Of a stretch of 64,000 nucleotides of DNA, positions 39,960-49,639 are shown in pieces. Every line of letters starts with the position of its first letter. Position 1 is the first letter of the stretch. The DNA comes from Mariprofundus sp. GTDB taxonomy: Bacteria; Pseudomonadota; Zetaproteobacteria; Mariprofundales; Mariprofundaceae. The notes under the pieces are model-generated. The model was not told the DNA's origin. It searched no databases and was given only the letters and a program-made list of their open reading frames with translations. A program made the position numbers and the translations under genes. Where the stretch lies: positions 1,417 through 65,416 of the forward strand of contig JAUZQJ010000012.1 of the NCBI GenBank assembly GCA_030951045.1. Direction: 5' to 3'.

Positions 39960-40613
39960 TTAGCGACTAACCAGATGGATTTCTGCCCGTCGGTTTTTCT
40001 GACGGCCCGCATCGGTGTTGTTGCCGGCAGCAAAATCTGCTGCACCGAATCCCTGCGCTTGCACAATATTCTGTGGTAATCCTGCGTTAATGAGTGCTCC
40101 TGCTACATTATCCGCACGCACCTGACTCAGTGCCAGATTGGTTTTGTAGGGGTGTCGAGGGGTGTGCCTGCTGCGGGCATAGCCACCAATAGGTTCATCA
40201 TCAGTGTATCCACGCACTTCAATCGTTTGCTCACGGTCTTTGGATAGAAATTTTGCAGCCAGTCGTTTTAGTGCTTTACCCGAATCTGATGTTAGTGCCA
40301 TGTGTCCGGATCGAAATGAAACGGTAACCCATAAACGATCTATTGGAATTGCTTTTTGTGCGGTGGCTTGCTGTTCTGCTCCAAGAGCACGGGCTTTTTC
40401 AGCTTTCTTGCGTGCAATGTCATCTTTGATCTGTTGTAACGAACCACGCAGAGCGTAAATTTCTGTTTCTAAGCGATTGTTTTCAGAGGCGATCTTGTCG
40501 TTACTTACCGGAACAGCTACTTCTGGTTCACCCGTGTTAAAAATTGAATCAATAGTGCTACAGGATGACACAGAAAACAGTAAAACAACCAGGAAAAACC
40601 TGAACTTGTGCAT
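39960..40613 (-). CDS. OmpA/MotB-like peptidoglycan-binding lipoprotein
   Basis: Lipobox VSSC; GYTD, NLALSQ.RA..V and G.G......N....GRQKNRRAEI motifs. Confidence 0.9.
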   Translation of the reverse strand: MHKFRFFLVVLLFSVSSCSTIDSIFNTGEPEVAVPVSNDKIASENNRLETEIYALRGSLQQIKDDIARKKAEKARALGAEQQATAQKAIPIDRLWVTVSFRSGHMALTSDSGKALKRLAAKFLSKDREQTIEVRGYTDDEPIGGYARSRHTPRHPYKTNLALSQVRADNVAGALINAGLPQNIVQAQGFGAADFAAGNNTDAGRQKNRRAEIHLVSR

Positions 40614-40775
40614 GAAAGAAACTCCCTTTATAGAACCCTAAGCAGCGGATAGTAAATTACATATTTGATGCTATCAAGTACATAGTTCAATGCACAAGGG
40701 CTTTTGCCTCTGCATGTTGATAAAACATATTAAGTGATTGATCTTTCATGTTATGATGCCCGCTCGTTGTAGTGT

Positions 40776-41417
40776 ATGGAGAGATTTATGAAAGCCTTGA
40801 TGATCATTTTCGCGTTGTTTGTAGGTATCTCGTCGGTGCAGGCTGAAACCCGATATATCGTAGATCAAGCCAAATTACCGTTGCGATCAGGACAAGGTAC
40901 CAGTTTTACTATTGTGAAAATGTTGCCCAGTGGTGTCGCTGTAGAGGTGCTTGAGCAGTCCGAAGCGGGTTATACGCGTGTGCGCACACCTCAAGGTAAA
41001 GAAGGTTGGATTTTAAGTCGGTATTTGATGAAATCTCCTGCCGCCAGAGATCGTCTGGCCTGGGCTGAGAAAGAGTTGAGCCAACTGAAAAGTTTAAAGC
41101 AGGCTAAACAAACACTCGAGTTAGAGCATGCAAAGTTAGGTGTGGAAAATAAAGCAATTGAGAAAGAGCTGGAGCATATTCGCAAAGTAGCAGCGAATGC
41201 AGTGATTATTGCAGATGAAAATAAGGCTTTGCAGGTCAGTGCACAGAATGCTGAAAGGGCCTTGGAGGATTTGCGTCAGGATACACATGATATCCGTAGC
41301 GGGGCCCAACAGCGCTGGTTTATGCTTGGTGGTGGCGCGATTTTACTTGGCATATTGCTGGGTTTATTGGCGCCGCATTTGAAATTTCGCCGCAAAGAGC
41401 GTTGGGGTAGATACTAG
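40776..41417 (+). CDS. TIGR04211 / YgiM SH3-domain protein
   Basis: Signal peptide, LRSG.G..F.I, EGWI..RYL, coiled coil, C-terminal TM WFMLGGG. Confidence 0.88.
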   Translation: MERFMKALMIIFALFVGISSVQAETRYIVDQAKLPLRSGQGTSFTIVKMLPSGVAVEVLEQSEAGYTRVRTPQGKEGWILSRYLMKSPAARDRLAWAEKELSQLKSLKQAKQTLELEHAKLGVENKAIEKELEHIRKVAANAVIIADENKALQVSAQNAERALEDLRQDTHDIRSGAQQRWFMLGGGAILLGILLGLLAPHLKFRRKERWGRY

Positions 41418-41596
41418 CCTGTAATTTACAAACGTTGCCGCGCCGCTGCTTATCATTTATCTGCCAAGGGCTCTCGTCGGCCGGCCGTAAATATAGCTGC
41501 GCTCGCTCGCTCGTAACCCGTTGCAAACATAGGTCCTGCGCAATCATCATGCCTGTTTATGAATAATACGGGCCAGTCTGTTCTATTTCGGGCTAG
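41414..41596. mobile_element. putative MITE-like non-coding element
   Basis: CTAG-bounded imperfect terminal inverted repeats (CTAGCCTGTAAT ... ATTTCGGGCTAG) around a GC-rich interior. Confidence 0.45.
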
Positions 41597-41627
41597 CCTC
41601 ATGATCAGTTTGGGTTAGCATTCGCAA

Positions 41628-42068
41628 ATGGCTATTGTAAATCGTCGTGCGCGGCATGAATATCATATTATAGAAACCTATGAAGCAGGCATGATTCTGC
41701 TTGGCCCTGAGGTAAAGTCGATTCGTGCTGGGCAAGCCAGTCTGAATGAGGGGCACTGTATTATCCGTAAGGATCGCTTGCTGTTGATTGGCTGTCACAT
41801 TAATCCTTACAAGCCGGCCGCGATGAATAATCCTGCGGATCCAACCCGCTCGCGCGAGCTGTTGTTAAAGGCTAAAGAAATTCACCGCCTGATGGGTAAG
41901 CTTAAAGAGAAGGGGCTAACGCTTGTACCCCTGAAAATCTATTTTAATGAACGCAATTATGTGAAGCTGGAAATTGGTCTGGCTCGTGGTAAAAAAGCAC
42001 ATGATAAACGCCATGATTTGAAAGAGAAGGATGTTAAACGTAATTTACAGCGTCAATATAAAATGTAA
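41628..42068 (+). CDS. smpB: SsrA-binding protein
   Basis: NRRARHEY, EAG..L.G.EVKS.R and GKK.HDKR motifs. Confidence 0.97.
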   Translation: MAIVNRRARHEYHIIETYEAGMILLGPEVKSIRAGQASLNEGHCIIRKDRLLLIGCHINPYKPAAMNNPADPTRSRELLLKAKEIHRLMGKLKEKGLTLVPLKIYFNERNYVKLEIGLARGKKAHDKRHDLKEKDVKRNLQRQYKM

Positions 42069-42083
42069 TGGAAGATGTGATGG

Positions 42084-42494
42084 TTAAAAGAATGGTAAAG
42101 CCAGCACAGCATATCGGATAAATTTTCCTATAGTGACCAGAACCAGGAACGTAATAAGGTTACATCGTAACAGACCTGCAATAAGACATAGTGGGTCGCC
42201 AACGATGGGCAACCAGGCCAGTAATAAGGATGCTTGACCATAGCGATGAAACCACACTTCTGCCCGTTCAACCTGCTCGGCTGAAATACGTGACCATTTT
42301 TTATGTACGGCTTGATTACCAAGGCGCCCCATAGCATAGGTGATGCAACTGCCCAATACATTGCCGGCTGTGGCGATGAATACGAGCGTGATGGCAGCTC
42401 CCCCTTCATTTAAACGGTAGAGTAGTAGTGCTTCTGATCCGCCGGGAAATAGCGTTGAAGAGATCAGTGCTGAGAAAAAAAGTGTCCAGTCCAT
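42084..42494 (-). CDS. YqaA/DedA (VTT) family membrane protein
   Basis: SSTLFPGGSE, GNVLG and WLPIVGDPLC..AG motifs. Confidence 0.9.
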   Translation of the reverse strand: MDWTLFFSALISSTLFPGGSEALLLYRLNEGGAAITLVFIATAGNVLGSCITYAMGRLGNQAVHKKWSRISAEQVERAEVWFHRYGQASLLLAWLPIVGDPLCLIAGLLRCNLITFLVLVTIGKFIRYAVLALPFF

Positions 42495-42580
42495 TTAACG
42501 CCCTTGTTGATGAGTGTTTGCAGACTTCAGAATCTATGTCCATGTATGGGTACAAGCCAATCATGTGTTATCATTTCTGC

Positions 42581-43030
42581 ATGATGTATCTCTTTTCTAG
42601 TGAATTAGGACAAATTCATTATGCGTGGGATGGCTGCTGCTGTACTCGCCTTATGTTGCAGCAAGAGCCGGGTGCCCAGGATGAGACGCTGCTATTGCCA
42701 CATGCTGATCCGGTTTCTGAATGGCTTGAGCATTATTTCAATGGGGATATGCAAGCATTGCCGCCATTGGCTCCTGCTGCGACGGTGTTTCAGCAGCGCA
42801 TGCGCTTGGAGCTGTTGAAGATACCCGTCGGTGAAATGCGTACCTATGGTGAAGTAGCCAAGGCATTGCACACTTCACCGCGCGCAATGGGGCAGGCTTT
42901 AGGGGCAAATCCATTGCCTGTTATGATACCTTGTCATCGTGTGGTTGCAGCGGACGGATTGGGTGGATTTGCCTTTGGATCACTATGGAAACAGCAACTG
43001 TTGAGTCTTGAGGCAGCAGCTTCGATGTAA
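42581..43030 (+). CDS. ogt: methylated-DNA--protein-cysteine methyltransferase
   Basis: FQ, IP.G..TYG, RAMGQA...NP and PCHRVV active site; start refined. Confidence 0.92.
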   Translation: MMYLFSSELGQIHYAWDGCCCTRLMLQQEPGAQDETLLLPHADPVSEWLEHYFNGDMQALPPLAPAATVFQQRMRLELLKIPVGEMRTYGEVAKALHTSPRAMGQALGANPLPVMIPCHRVVAADGLGGFAFGSLWKQQLLSLEAAASM

Positions 43031-43128
43031 AGAGCTTGGAAAGGTGCAGGTGGCACGTGTAGCGTTTGCAACATCCCTAATGAACTATGCACAGGGGTGA
43101 TAAATATGATGGACTATAAGGATTTAAC

Positions 43129-44346
43129 ATGGCGCATTCCGATGTAAAAAAAGCTGTTCTGGCCTATTCCGGGGGGCTCGATACCTCAATTATTTTGAAA
43201 TGGTTGCAGGACACCTATGATTGTGAGGTGGTGACCTTTACCGCTGATCTTGGTCAGGGCGATGAAGTAGAAGAGGCTCGCGCTAAGGCCATTTCCGGTG
43301 GCGTAAAATCGATCTATATCGAAGATCTGCGTGAAGATTTTGTGCGTGATTATGTCTTTCCGATGTTTCGTGCCAATGCTATTTATGAGGGTGAGTATCT
43401 GTTGGGCACTTCCATCGCCCGTCCATTGATCGCTAAGCGCATGATTGAAATTGCTGAAGCGGAAGGTGCGAATGCTGTTTCGCATGGAGCAACAGGTAAG
43501 GGTAATGATCAGGTACGCTTTGAGTTTGGTTTTTACGCCTTGAAGCCTGATGTGAAAGTGATTGCGCCATGGCGTGAGTGGGATTTGGTCTCGCGTGAAG
43601 ATATGTTGAACTTTGCTGGCAAACACGGCATTCCGGTTGAACGCAAACGCGAAGGCTCTAAATCGCCATATTCCATGGATGCCAACCTGCTGCATATCTC
43701 CTACGAAGGTTATGATTTGGAAGATCCGTGGTGTGAGCCAACTGAAGAGATGTGGCGTTGGAGTGTGTCGCCTGAAGCTGCACCAAACACGCCTGAATAT
43801 ATCGAACTCAGCTATCTGTCTGGTGATATTGTTGCGATCAACGGTGTTGCGATGACACCTGCAACAGTGCTTGCCGAGCTGAACCGTCTGGGTGGAAAAC
43901 ATGGTATTGGCCGCATTGATATCGTTGAAAACCGTTTTGTCGGTATGAAATCACGTGGTTGTTATGAAACACCGGGTGGCACCATCATGCTCAAGGCACA
44001 TCGTGCTATTGAATCGATCACACTCGATCGTGAAGCTGCACATTTGAAAGATGAGTTGATGCCACGTTACGCCAAGATGGTCTATAACGGTTTCTGGTTC
44101 GCACCTGAGCGTGTCATGATGCAGGCAGCGATTGATACATCGCAGCTTACCGTCAATGGTGACGTGCGCCTTAAGCTTTATAAAGGCAATGTCGAGGTTG
44201 TGGGGCGTCGTTCTGATCAATCCATGTTTGATGAGCGCCTCTGCACCTTTGAAGATGATGAAGGCGCATATGATCAGAAGGATGCGGGTGGCTTTATTAA
44301 GCTTAATGCATTGCGTCTGCGTATGGCAAAACTGGCAGGTAAATGA
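43129..44346 (+). CDS. argG: argininosuccinate synthase
   Basis: [23 protein letters not shown] and ENR.VG.KSRG.YETP motifs. Confidence 0.98.
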   Translation: MAHSDVKKAVLAYSGGLDTSIILKWLQDTYDCEVVTFTADLGQGDEVEEARAKAISGGVKSIYIEDLREDFVRDYVFPMFRANAIYEGEYLLGTSIARPLIAKRMIEIAEAEGANAVSHGATGKGNDQVRFEFGFYALKPDVKVIAPWREWDLVSREDMLNFAGKHGIPVERKREGSKSPYSMDANLLHISYEGYDLEDPWCEPTEEMWRWSVSPEAAPNTPEYIELSYLSGDIVAINGVAMTPATVLAELNRLGGKHGIGRIDIVENRFVGMKSRGCYETPGGTIMLKAHRAIESITLDREAAHLKDELMPRYAKMVYNGFWFAPERVMMQAAIDTSQLTVNGDVRLKLYKGNVEVVGRRSDQSMFDERLCTFEDDEGAYDQKDAGGFIKLNALRLRMAKLAGK

Positions 44347-45020
44347 ATATGACAGACCAAACAGATCAAGGATATGCAAAACCTATTCGCATCTTACATA
44401 GCATCTTAGCACTCTGTATGCTTACCCAGCTGGCCATTGGTGAGCTGATGGATGTACCTGAAGTCGAAGATCATCCTGCTGTAGCTGTACAGTGGATTGC
44501 ACCTGCGATGGCACATGAGGCTCATCAGCATACTGTTCCGGGCATGCCTGTAGAAGAGACACTTGGTTTCGAAGTACATGAGATTCTAGGCTTGACGATT
44601 GCCGGCTTGTTACTGATTCGCATCATGTTAGCCATGACATCTCTACCCGGAGCCAATTGGCGCTTGTTATTGCCATGGTTATTTGCCGCTGGGCGCAAGC
44701 AATTAGCCGATGAAATAAAGACACAGATGGCCGGTTGGAAACTGGGAAAACTGGCTGCGCCTGAGGATGGTGAGGCCGTCGCGCGCAGTGTGCATGGTTT
44801 TATTGTGCTGGGTGGCATTGGTATGGCTGTTACCGGAACCGTGTTGTTCTTCGGCTGGAGCACGACTGCTCCACAGACTGACCTTATTGAGTTGGTAGCT
44901 GAAACACATGAGTTACTTGTTGGTGCTTTAGAGGCATTGCTTGCAGCACATATTCTGGCTGTCATTCTGCATCAGCGGCAGGGGCACAATATTGTTGACA
45001 GGATCAAGCCAACCGCTTGA
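44343..45020 (+). CDS. cytochrome b/b561-type di-haem membrane protein
   Basis: Four TM helices with His ligands (RILH, EVHEILG, ETHE, AAHI); ATGA overlap with argG. Confidence 0.8.
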   Translation: MNMTDQTDQGYAKPIRILHSILALCMLTQLAIGELMDVPEVEDHPAVAVQWIAPAMAHEAHQHTVPGMPVEETLGFEVHEILGLTIAGLLLIRIMLAMTSLPGANWRLLLPWLFAAGRKQLADEIKTQMAGWKLGKLAAPEDGEAVARSVHGFIVLGGIGMAVTGTVLFFGWSTTAPQTDLIELVAETHELLVGALEALLAAHILAVILHQRQGHNIVDRIKPTA

Positions 45021-45057
45021 TTCTGTCTCGCAACGCTCTGGTGATGTGAGTTGTGCG

Positions 45058-45122
45058 ATAGCTCTGAAAACACCCATGGCGGCGGAAAATTCCCCATTAC
45101 CAATTTAGATTTTCAGCGCTAT
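45058..45122. repeat. 13-bp inverted repeat element, IS5-end-like family copy 4
   Basis: ATAGCTCTGAAAA ... TTTTCAGCGCTAT, 12/13 complementary. Confidence 0.55.
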
Positions 45123-45131
45123 ACTGCTTGC

Positions 45132-45548
45132 ATGCATATTTTTCCATTTTCCCTACCTAATCTGATGTTACTGCTCTGTACCTTGTTACTGGCGCCGCCT
45201 CAATTGATGGCGGCCAATGATGCGATGGCCCCACCTGAGGTGACGGATGACGTGGAGGTCTCTTCGGACAGGGTAGAAGAACGTATGGATCCTGCAGCCA
45301 ATTTACATGATGAGTTGAATGCACCGGATAGCAATACTGGGGTGGATGTGCGCTCATATAAACGCAAAGATGGTACGGTCATTACCGAGTATGGTCCAAA
45401 AGGAAAGGTGTTTGAGATCAAAGTGCAACCTCCCGGGGGGATGCCGGCCTATTACCTTTATCGTAATGCAGGTGGCGAATTCGAGCGTCGTTTGCCCGGT
45501 GGAGCAACACGCATTGTTCCGCCAAGCTGGATTTTAAAAGAGTTTTAA
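45132..45548 (+). CDS. DUF2782 family exported protein
   Basis: Signal peptide; ITEY...G..F.IKV.P....AYYL ... PPSW.L. Confidence 0.8.
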   Translation: MHIFPFSLPNLMLLLCTLLLAPPQLMAANDAMAPPEVTDDVEVSSDRVEERMDPAANLHDELNAPDSNTGVDVRSYKRKDGTVITEYGPKGKVFEIKVQPPGGMPAYYLYRNAGGEFERRLPGGATRIVPPSWILKEF

Positions 45549-45609
45549 TGGATTAGGTACGATGACTTTATACAAAGCCATCACTTTAGCGTTGCAGCCG
45601 CAGTGAATT

Positions 45610-46266
45610 ATGTCGGATAGCATTTCGCGTTCGCCAGCGGCGACACCCGCACTTACCCTTATCACGGACTCCTCCCGATTTTCCGGAGAGTCGCTGTTTC
45701 ATCACGTGGAACAAGCCCTATGTGGTGGCGTGGATGCTGTGCTGGTGCGGGAAAAGAGTCTTACATCTGCAAAGCTGTTGGCGCTGGCATCACGGCTCAG
45801 GCAGATGACGCTTGCTCACCAAGCCCGTTTAATTATCCATTCTCAGGCCGATATTGCGGCGGCTGTCGGAGCTGACGGGGTGCATTTGGCCAGCGCTGGA
45901 ATCACCAGTGTGGCGGCAATTCGACAATGGTTGAGAGCGCCTGAAATGAGTGTGTCTGTTTCATGTCATGACGCTTGTGAACTGGCTCTGGCCCATGAAA
46001 TGGGCGCTGACTTTGCTATGCTTTCTCCTGTCTTTCCGACCGACTCACACCCCGGGGCACCGCATATGGGTGTGGAGCTGTTTGAAGAACTGGTTTCTGA
46101 TGCTAAGTTACCCGTAATTGCGCTGGGCGGGATTACACTGGAAAATTGTAGTTTGTTACTCGGCCGGGCTTTAGCTGTGATTGGTGCCATTCTGGCCGCT
46201 GATGATGCTGAACATGCTGCGGTGCAACTGTTTAATACGGCATCTGCACGCATCAGGGAGAGCTGA
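45610..46266 (+). CDS. thiamine-phosphate synthase / TenI-like TIM barrel
   Basis: LITD, VLVREK, DGVHL, SCH, SPVFPT.SH and ALGGI motifs. Confidence 0.82.
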   Translation: MSDSISRSPAATPALTLITDSSRFSGESLFHHVEQALCGGVDAVLVREKSLTSAKLLALASRLRQMTLAHQARLIIHSQADIAAAVGADGVHLASAGITSVAAIRQWLRAPEMSVSVSCHDACELALAHEMGADFAMLSPVFPTDSHPGAPHMGVELFEELVSDAKLPVIALGGITLENCSLLLGRALAVIGAILAADDAEHAAVQLFNTASARIRES

Positions 46267-46269
46267 TTT

Positions 46270-46767
46270 ATGAAAAGACTTATATTGATTCGTCATGCTA
46301 AATCGAGTTGGAATGAAGGCGTGACAGATTTTGAACGTAGCCTGAATGGGCGTGGTTTATCCGATGCTCCTTTGATGGGAGAACGTCTGTCTGCCCGTTT
46401 AGCGAATGCGGAGCTGTCGTTGGATGTTTTGATCAGTAGCTCGGCAATACGGGCAGAGCAAACATCGCGTTTGCTGGCACAATCTTTGAGCTTTCCGGAG
46501 CAATCTATTGAATGGCGTAAGGAGTTGTATCTATCCAGCCCTGACACCATCCAGGATATTATTCGCCATCTTCCGGATGATGCGAAAACAGTAGCGCTGG
46601 TGGCGCATAACCCCGGAATCACGGAGTTGGCTGAAAAATTGACGGGTGAGTTCTTTGGCAGCATGCCGACCTGCAGCATGGTGACGATTGAATTTCCAGT
46701 CGATCATTGGCTCGATGCCGGCAGTTGGGCGGATTTTGTTGATTACGATTTTCCCAAGGCGAAGTGA
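46270..46767 (+). CDS. sixA: SixA-type histidine phosphatase
   Basis: LIRHAKSSW, D.ER.L..RG, SSA.RA.QT and VAHNP motifs. Confidence 0.88.
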   Translation: MKRLILIRHAKSSWNEGVTDFERSLNGRGLSDAPLMGERLSARLANAELSLDVLISSSAIRAEQTSRLLAQSLSFPEQSIEWRKELYLSSPDTIQDIIRHLPDDAKTVALVAHNPGITELAEKLTGEFFGSMPTCSMVTIEFPVDHWLDAGSWADFVDYDFPKAK

Positions 46768-46866
46768 GCGGATTCGTGAAGCTGGAGCAGGTAACTTGTT
46801 CGGGATAAGCTCACCACTGTTGTAACGCATGGTAGAATCGTGGTGTTGTCTCTACACTTCGGCGTC

Positions 46867-48168
46867 ATGGATAAAATTAAATTACTTGTGCCGGCGACAT
46901 TGCTGGCTCTGTTCGGGTTTGTGATTGCTTTTCAGTTTGTTGATCCCGCTCCACCGATGACGCTGACTTTTTCAGCTGGTCAGAAGGGTGGTGCGTATTA
47001 TGCACATGCTGAGTCTTACCGTGATTATCTGCGGCAGCATGGTATTCGTGTTGAAATTTTTGACTCGGCAGGCTCCATGGAAAATATAGAACGATTGAAA
47101 TCCGGAGCTGCTGATGTCGCCTTTGTGCAAAGTGGTCTGGTCTCAACCAAAACAGCGAAGACAGGCGTGTTGCAATCACTCGGAAGCATGTATTATGAAC
47201 CACTCTGGGTGTTTTTACGTCAGGGTGTGAAGGCTCAGTTTTTAAGCGAATTAAAAGGAAAACGTATCGCCATTGGCTTGCCGGGTAGTGGTACACGAGT
47301 ATTGGCTTTGCAGCTCTTATCTGAGAATGGAATTGATGAAAAGAATAGTGCGTTATTGTCATTGTCTTCATTAGATGCTTCCAAAGCACTGATCGCGGCA
47401 GAGATTGATGCGGTTATGATTGTATCTGCGGCCACCAGCGCAGCGGTGCAAAACCTGGAGCAACATACAAATGTTCATTTGATGCCGATTAAGCGGGCGA
47501 TGGCATATACCCGTCGTATGGATTCGATTTCATCGGTGCTGCTGCCGCAAGGAGCATTGAATCTGGCGGCTAACTTACCTGCTACCGATACACCCTTATT
47601 GGCCAGTGCCGCAACCCTGATTGTGAATGAATCTATGCACCCTGCGCTACAGGCCTTGATGATGCAGGCTGCAACGGATATTCATGCTGGTAGTAGCCTG
47701 TTTTCAACGGCAGGAGCCTTTCCTACAGCGCAGTATGCAGGACTTGGTTTGAGTACAGTGGCGAAGAACTATTACAAATCAGGGCCGCCACTTTTGCAGC
47801 GATATTTACCATTTTGGGCCGCCACACTGGTAAATCGACTGAAAGTGATGTTATTGCCCTTCCTTGTGCTGCTTATTCCACTATTTAAAGTGATGCCTCC
47901 GCTCTATCGCTGGCGTATTCGTTCGGGTATTTATCGCTGGTATGAAGAGATTGGCAAAATAGATGCGGAGATGATGGCTGGTTATTCGGAGTCGCTGCAG
48001 CTGGATCTGGATCGTATAGAGATGGAAATTCGCAAGGTGAAAGTGCCGCTTTCTTATGCAGAAGAACTGTATGATTTGCGTCTGCATCTGGCTTTGGTGC
48101 GTGACCAGCTTGAACAGGCGAAAGTCGGCGTTCCGGATAAACATAGGCAGAGAAGGAATCAATCATGA
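46867..48168 (+). CDS. TAXI-family TRAP solute-binding protein with membrane C-terminus
   Basis: G..GG.Y, GSMENI, AFVQ, YEPLW, GSGT, G.P.LQRYLPFW and YDLRLH motifs. Confidence 0.88.
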   Translation: MDKIKLLVPATLLALFGFVIAFQFVDPAPPMTLTFSAGQKGGAYYAHAESYRDYLRQHGIRVEIFDSAGSMENIERLKSGAADVAFVQSGLVSTKTAKTGVLQSLGSMYYEPLWVFLRQGVKAQFLSELKGKRIAIGLPGSGTRVLALQLLSENGIDEKNSALLSLSSLDASKALIAAEIDAVMIVSAATSAAVQNLEQHTNVHLMPIKRAMAYTRRMDSISSVLLPQGALNLAANLPATDTPLLASAATLIVNESMHPALQALMMQAATDIHAGSSLFSTAGAFPTAQYAGLGLSTVAKNYYKSGPPLLQRYLPFWAATLVNRLKVMLLPFLVLLIPLFKVMPPLYRWRIRSGIYRWYEEIGKIDAEMMAGYSESLQLDLDRIEMEIRKVKVPLSYAEELYDLRLHLALVRDQLEQAKVGVPDKHRQRRNQS

Positions 48169-49520
48169 ATAACAGAAAAATAGAGCTATTGGCTCCTGCC
48201 GGTACCATTAAAAATATGCGTTATGCATTTGCCTATGGTGCAGATGCAGTCTATGCCGGCCAACCGCGTTACTCCTTGCGGGTGCGCAACAATGATTTCC
48301 AGCTGGATAACTTACAAACAGGTATTAATGAAGCACATGCCTTGGGTAAGAAGTTTTTTGTAGCCAGCAACCTGTTACCGCATAATAATAAAATAAAACG
48401 TTATCTTGAGCATATGCAGCCGGTGATTGATATGAAGCCGGATGCATTGATTATGGCGGACCCCGGTCTGATTATGATGGTACGGGAGCGTTGGCCGGAG
48501 ATGCCTGTGCATTTGTCGGTGCAAGCCAATACTATGAATTATGCGGCTGTAAAGTTCTGGCAGTCGGCCGGCGTGAGCCGTATTATTCTGTCACGAGAAT
48601 TGAGCCTGGATGAAGTAGAAGAAATTCGCCAGCAGTGTCCGGATATTGAGTTGGAAGTATTTGTACATGGCGCACTATGTATGGCCTATTCAGGGCGCTG
48701 CTTGCTTTCCGGTTACTTCAATCACAGGGATGCCAATCAGGGCAGCTGTACCAATGCCTGCCGTTGGGACTACGGCATGGAAAAAGCAACAGAGGATATT
48801 TCGGGAGATATTATTCCAATTCAGGTGCTTGATGGTATGGATACCCAGCCGTTTGCCGAAACAGGCAATGTTCAACGTCACCCCTTAGCTGATCAGGTTT
48901 ACACACTGACCGAGCCGAACCGCCCCGATGAGCAGATGCCAATCTTTGAAGATGAGCATGGTACCTATATTATGAACTCGAAAGATCTGCGTGCGGTGCA
49001 GCATGTGGAGCGCTTGGTGAATATTGGTGTGGATTCATTGAAGATCGAAGGGCGTACCAAATCGCATTATTATGTAGCGCGTACAGCCCAGACTTATCGC
49101 CGGGCTATTGATGATGCCATGGCCGGGAAACCGTTTGATCCGGCTCTGATGTTTCAACTCGATGGCTTGGCAAACCGTGGCTATACGGACGGTTTTTATA
49201 CCCGCAAGCGTTCATCATCTACCCAAAACTATGAAACCGGCAACTCCAGCTTTGATGTGCAACGTTTTGTTGGAGAAGTGGTTGGCTATGATGCAGAGAC
49301 TAAATTGGCTGAATTGATCGTGAAGAATAAATTTTCAGTGGGTGATACCGTTGAATTGGTAAACCCGGGGGGCAATGCCACATTTGTTGTCGAATCCATC
49401 AATGATGCGCGTTATGGCCGCCCGATGGATGTCGCTCCAGGTAGTGGACATCAGGTGAAAATTCCGGTGCCGGTAAGGCCGGATATGCATGCTCTGTTGG
49501 CGGTGAATGCTCCTGCTTAA
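48165..49520 (+). CDS. trhP: tRNA 5-hydroxyuridine modification protein (U32 family, YegQ)
   Basis: ELLAPAG, YAGQPRYSLRVRNN, HGALCMAYSGRC, CTNACRW and KIEGRTKS motifs. Confidence 0.93.
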   Translation: MNNRKIELLAPAGTIKNMRYAFAYGADAVYAGQPRYSLRVRNNDFQLDNLQTGINEAHALGKKFFVASNLLPHNNKIKRYLEHMQPVIDMKPDALIMADPGLIMMVRERWPEMPVHLSVQANTMNYAAVKFWQSAGVSRIILSRELSLDEVEEIRQQCPDIELEVFVHGALCMAYSGRCLLSGYFNHRDANQGSCTNACRWDYGMEKATEDISGDIIPIQVLDGMDTQPFAETGNVQRHPLADQVYTLTEPNRPDEQMPIFEDEHGTYIMNSKDLRAVQHVERLVNIGVDSLKIEGRTKSHYYVARTAQTYRRAIDDAMAGKPFDPALMFQLDGLANRGYTDGFYTRKRSSSTQNYETGNSSFDVQRFVGEVVGYDAETKLAELIVKNKFSVGDTVELVNPGGNATFVVESINDARYGRPMDVAPGSGHQVKIPVPVRPDMHALLAVNAPA

Positions 49521-49639
49521 GTAGATATGTCTGGAAACGCTATCTTAATAGGCCAGGAAAATAACGGCTCTCACTGTTTTGCTAGACAGGTGTGTTCAGT
49601 ATTAGGTCAGCTGCCGCGCAGGTCAGGCATGCAGCGTTT

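Noticed and set aside
40665-40677. FNR-like TTGAT...ATCAA site
   Set aside because: Spacer is 3 nt (TTGAT-GCT-ATCAA) rather than 4.
41418-41627. tmRNA (ssrA) next to smpB
   Set aside because: No GGGG(C/G)TG 5' end, T-loop/CCA 3' end or tag reading frame; too short.
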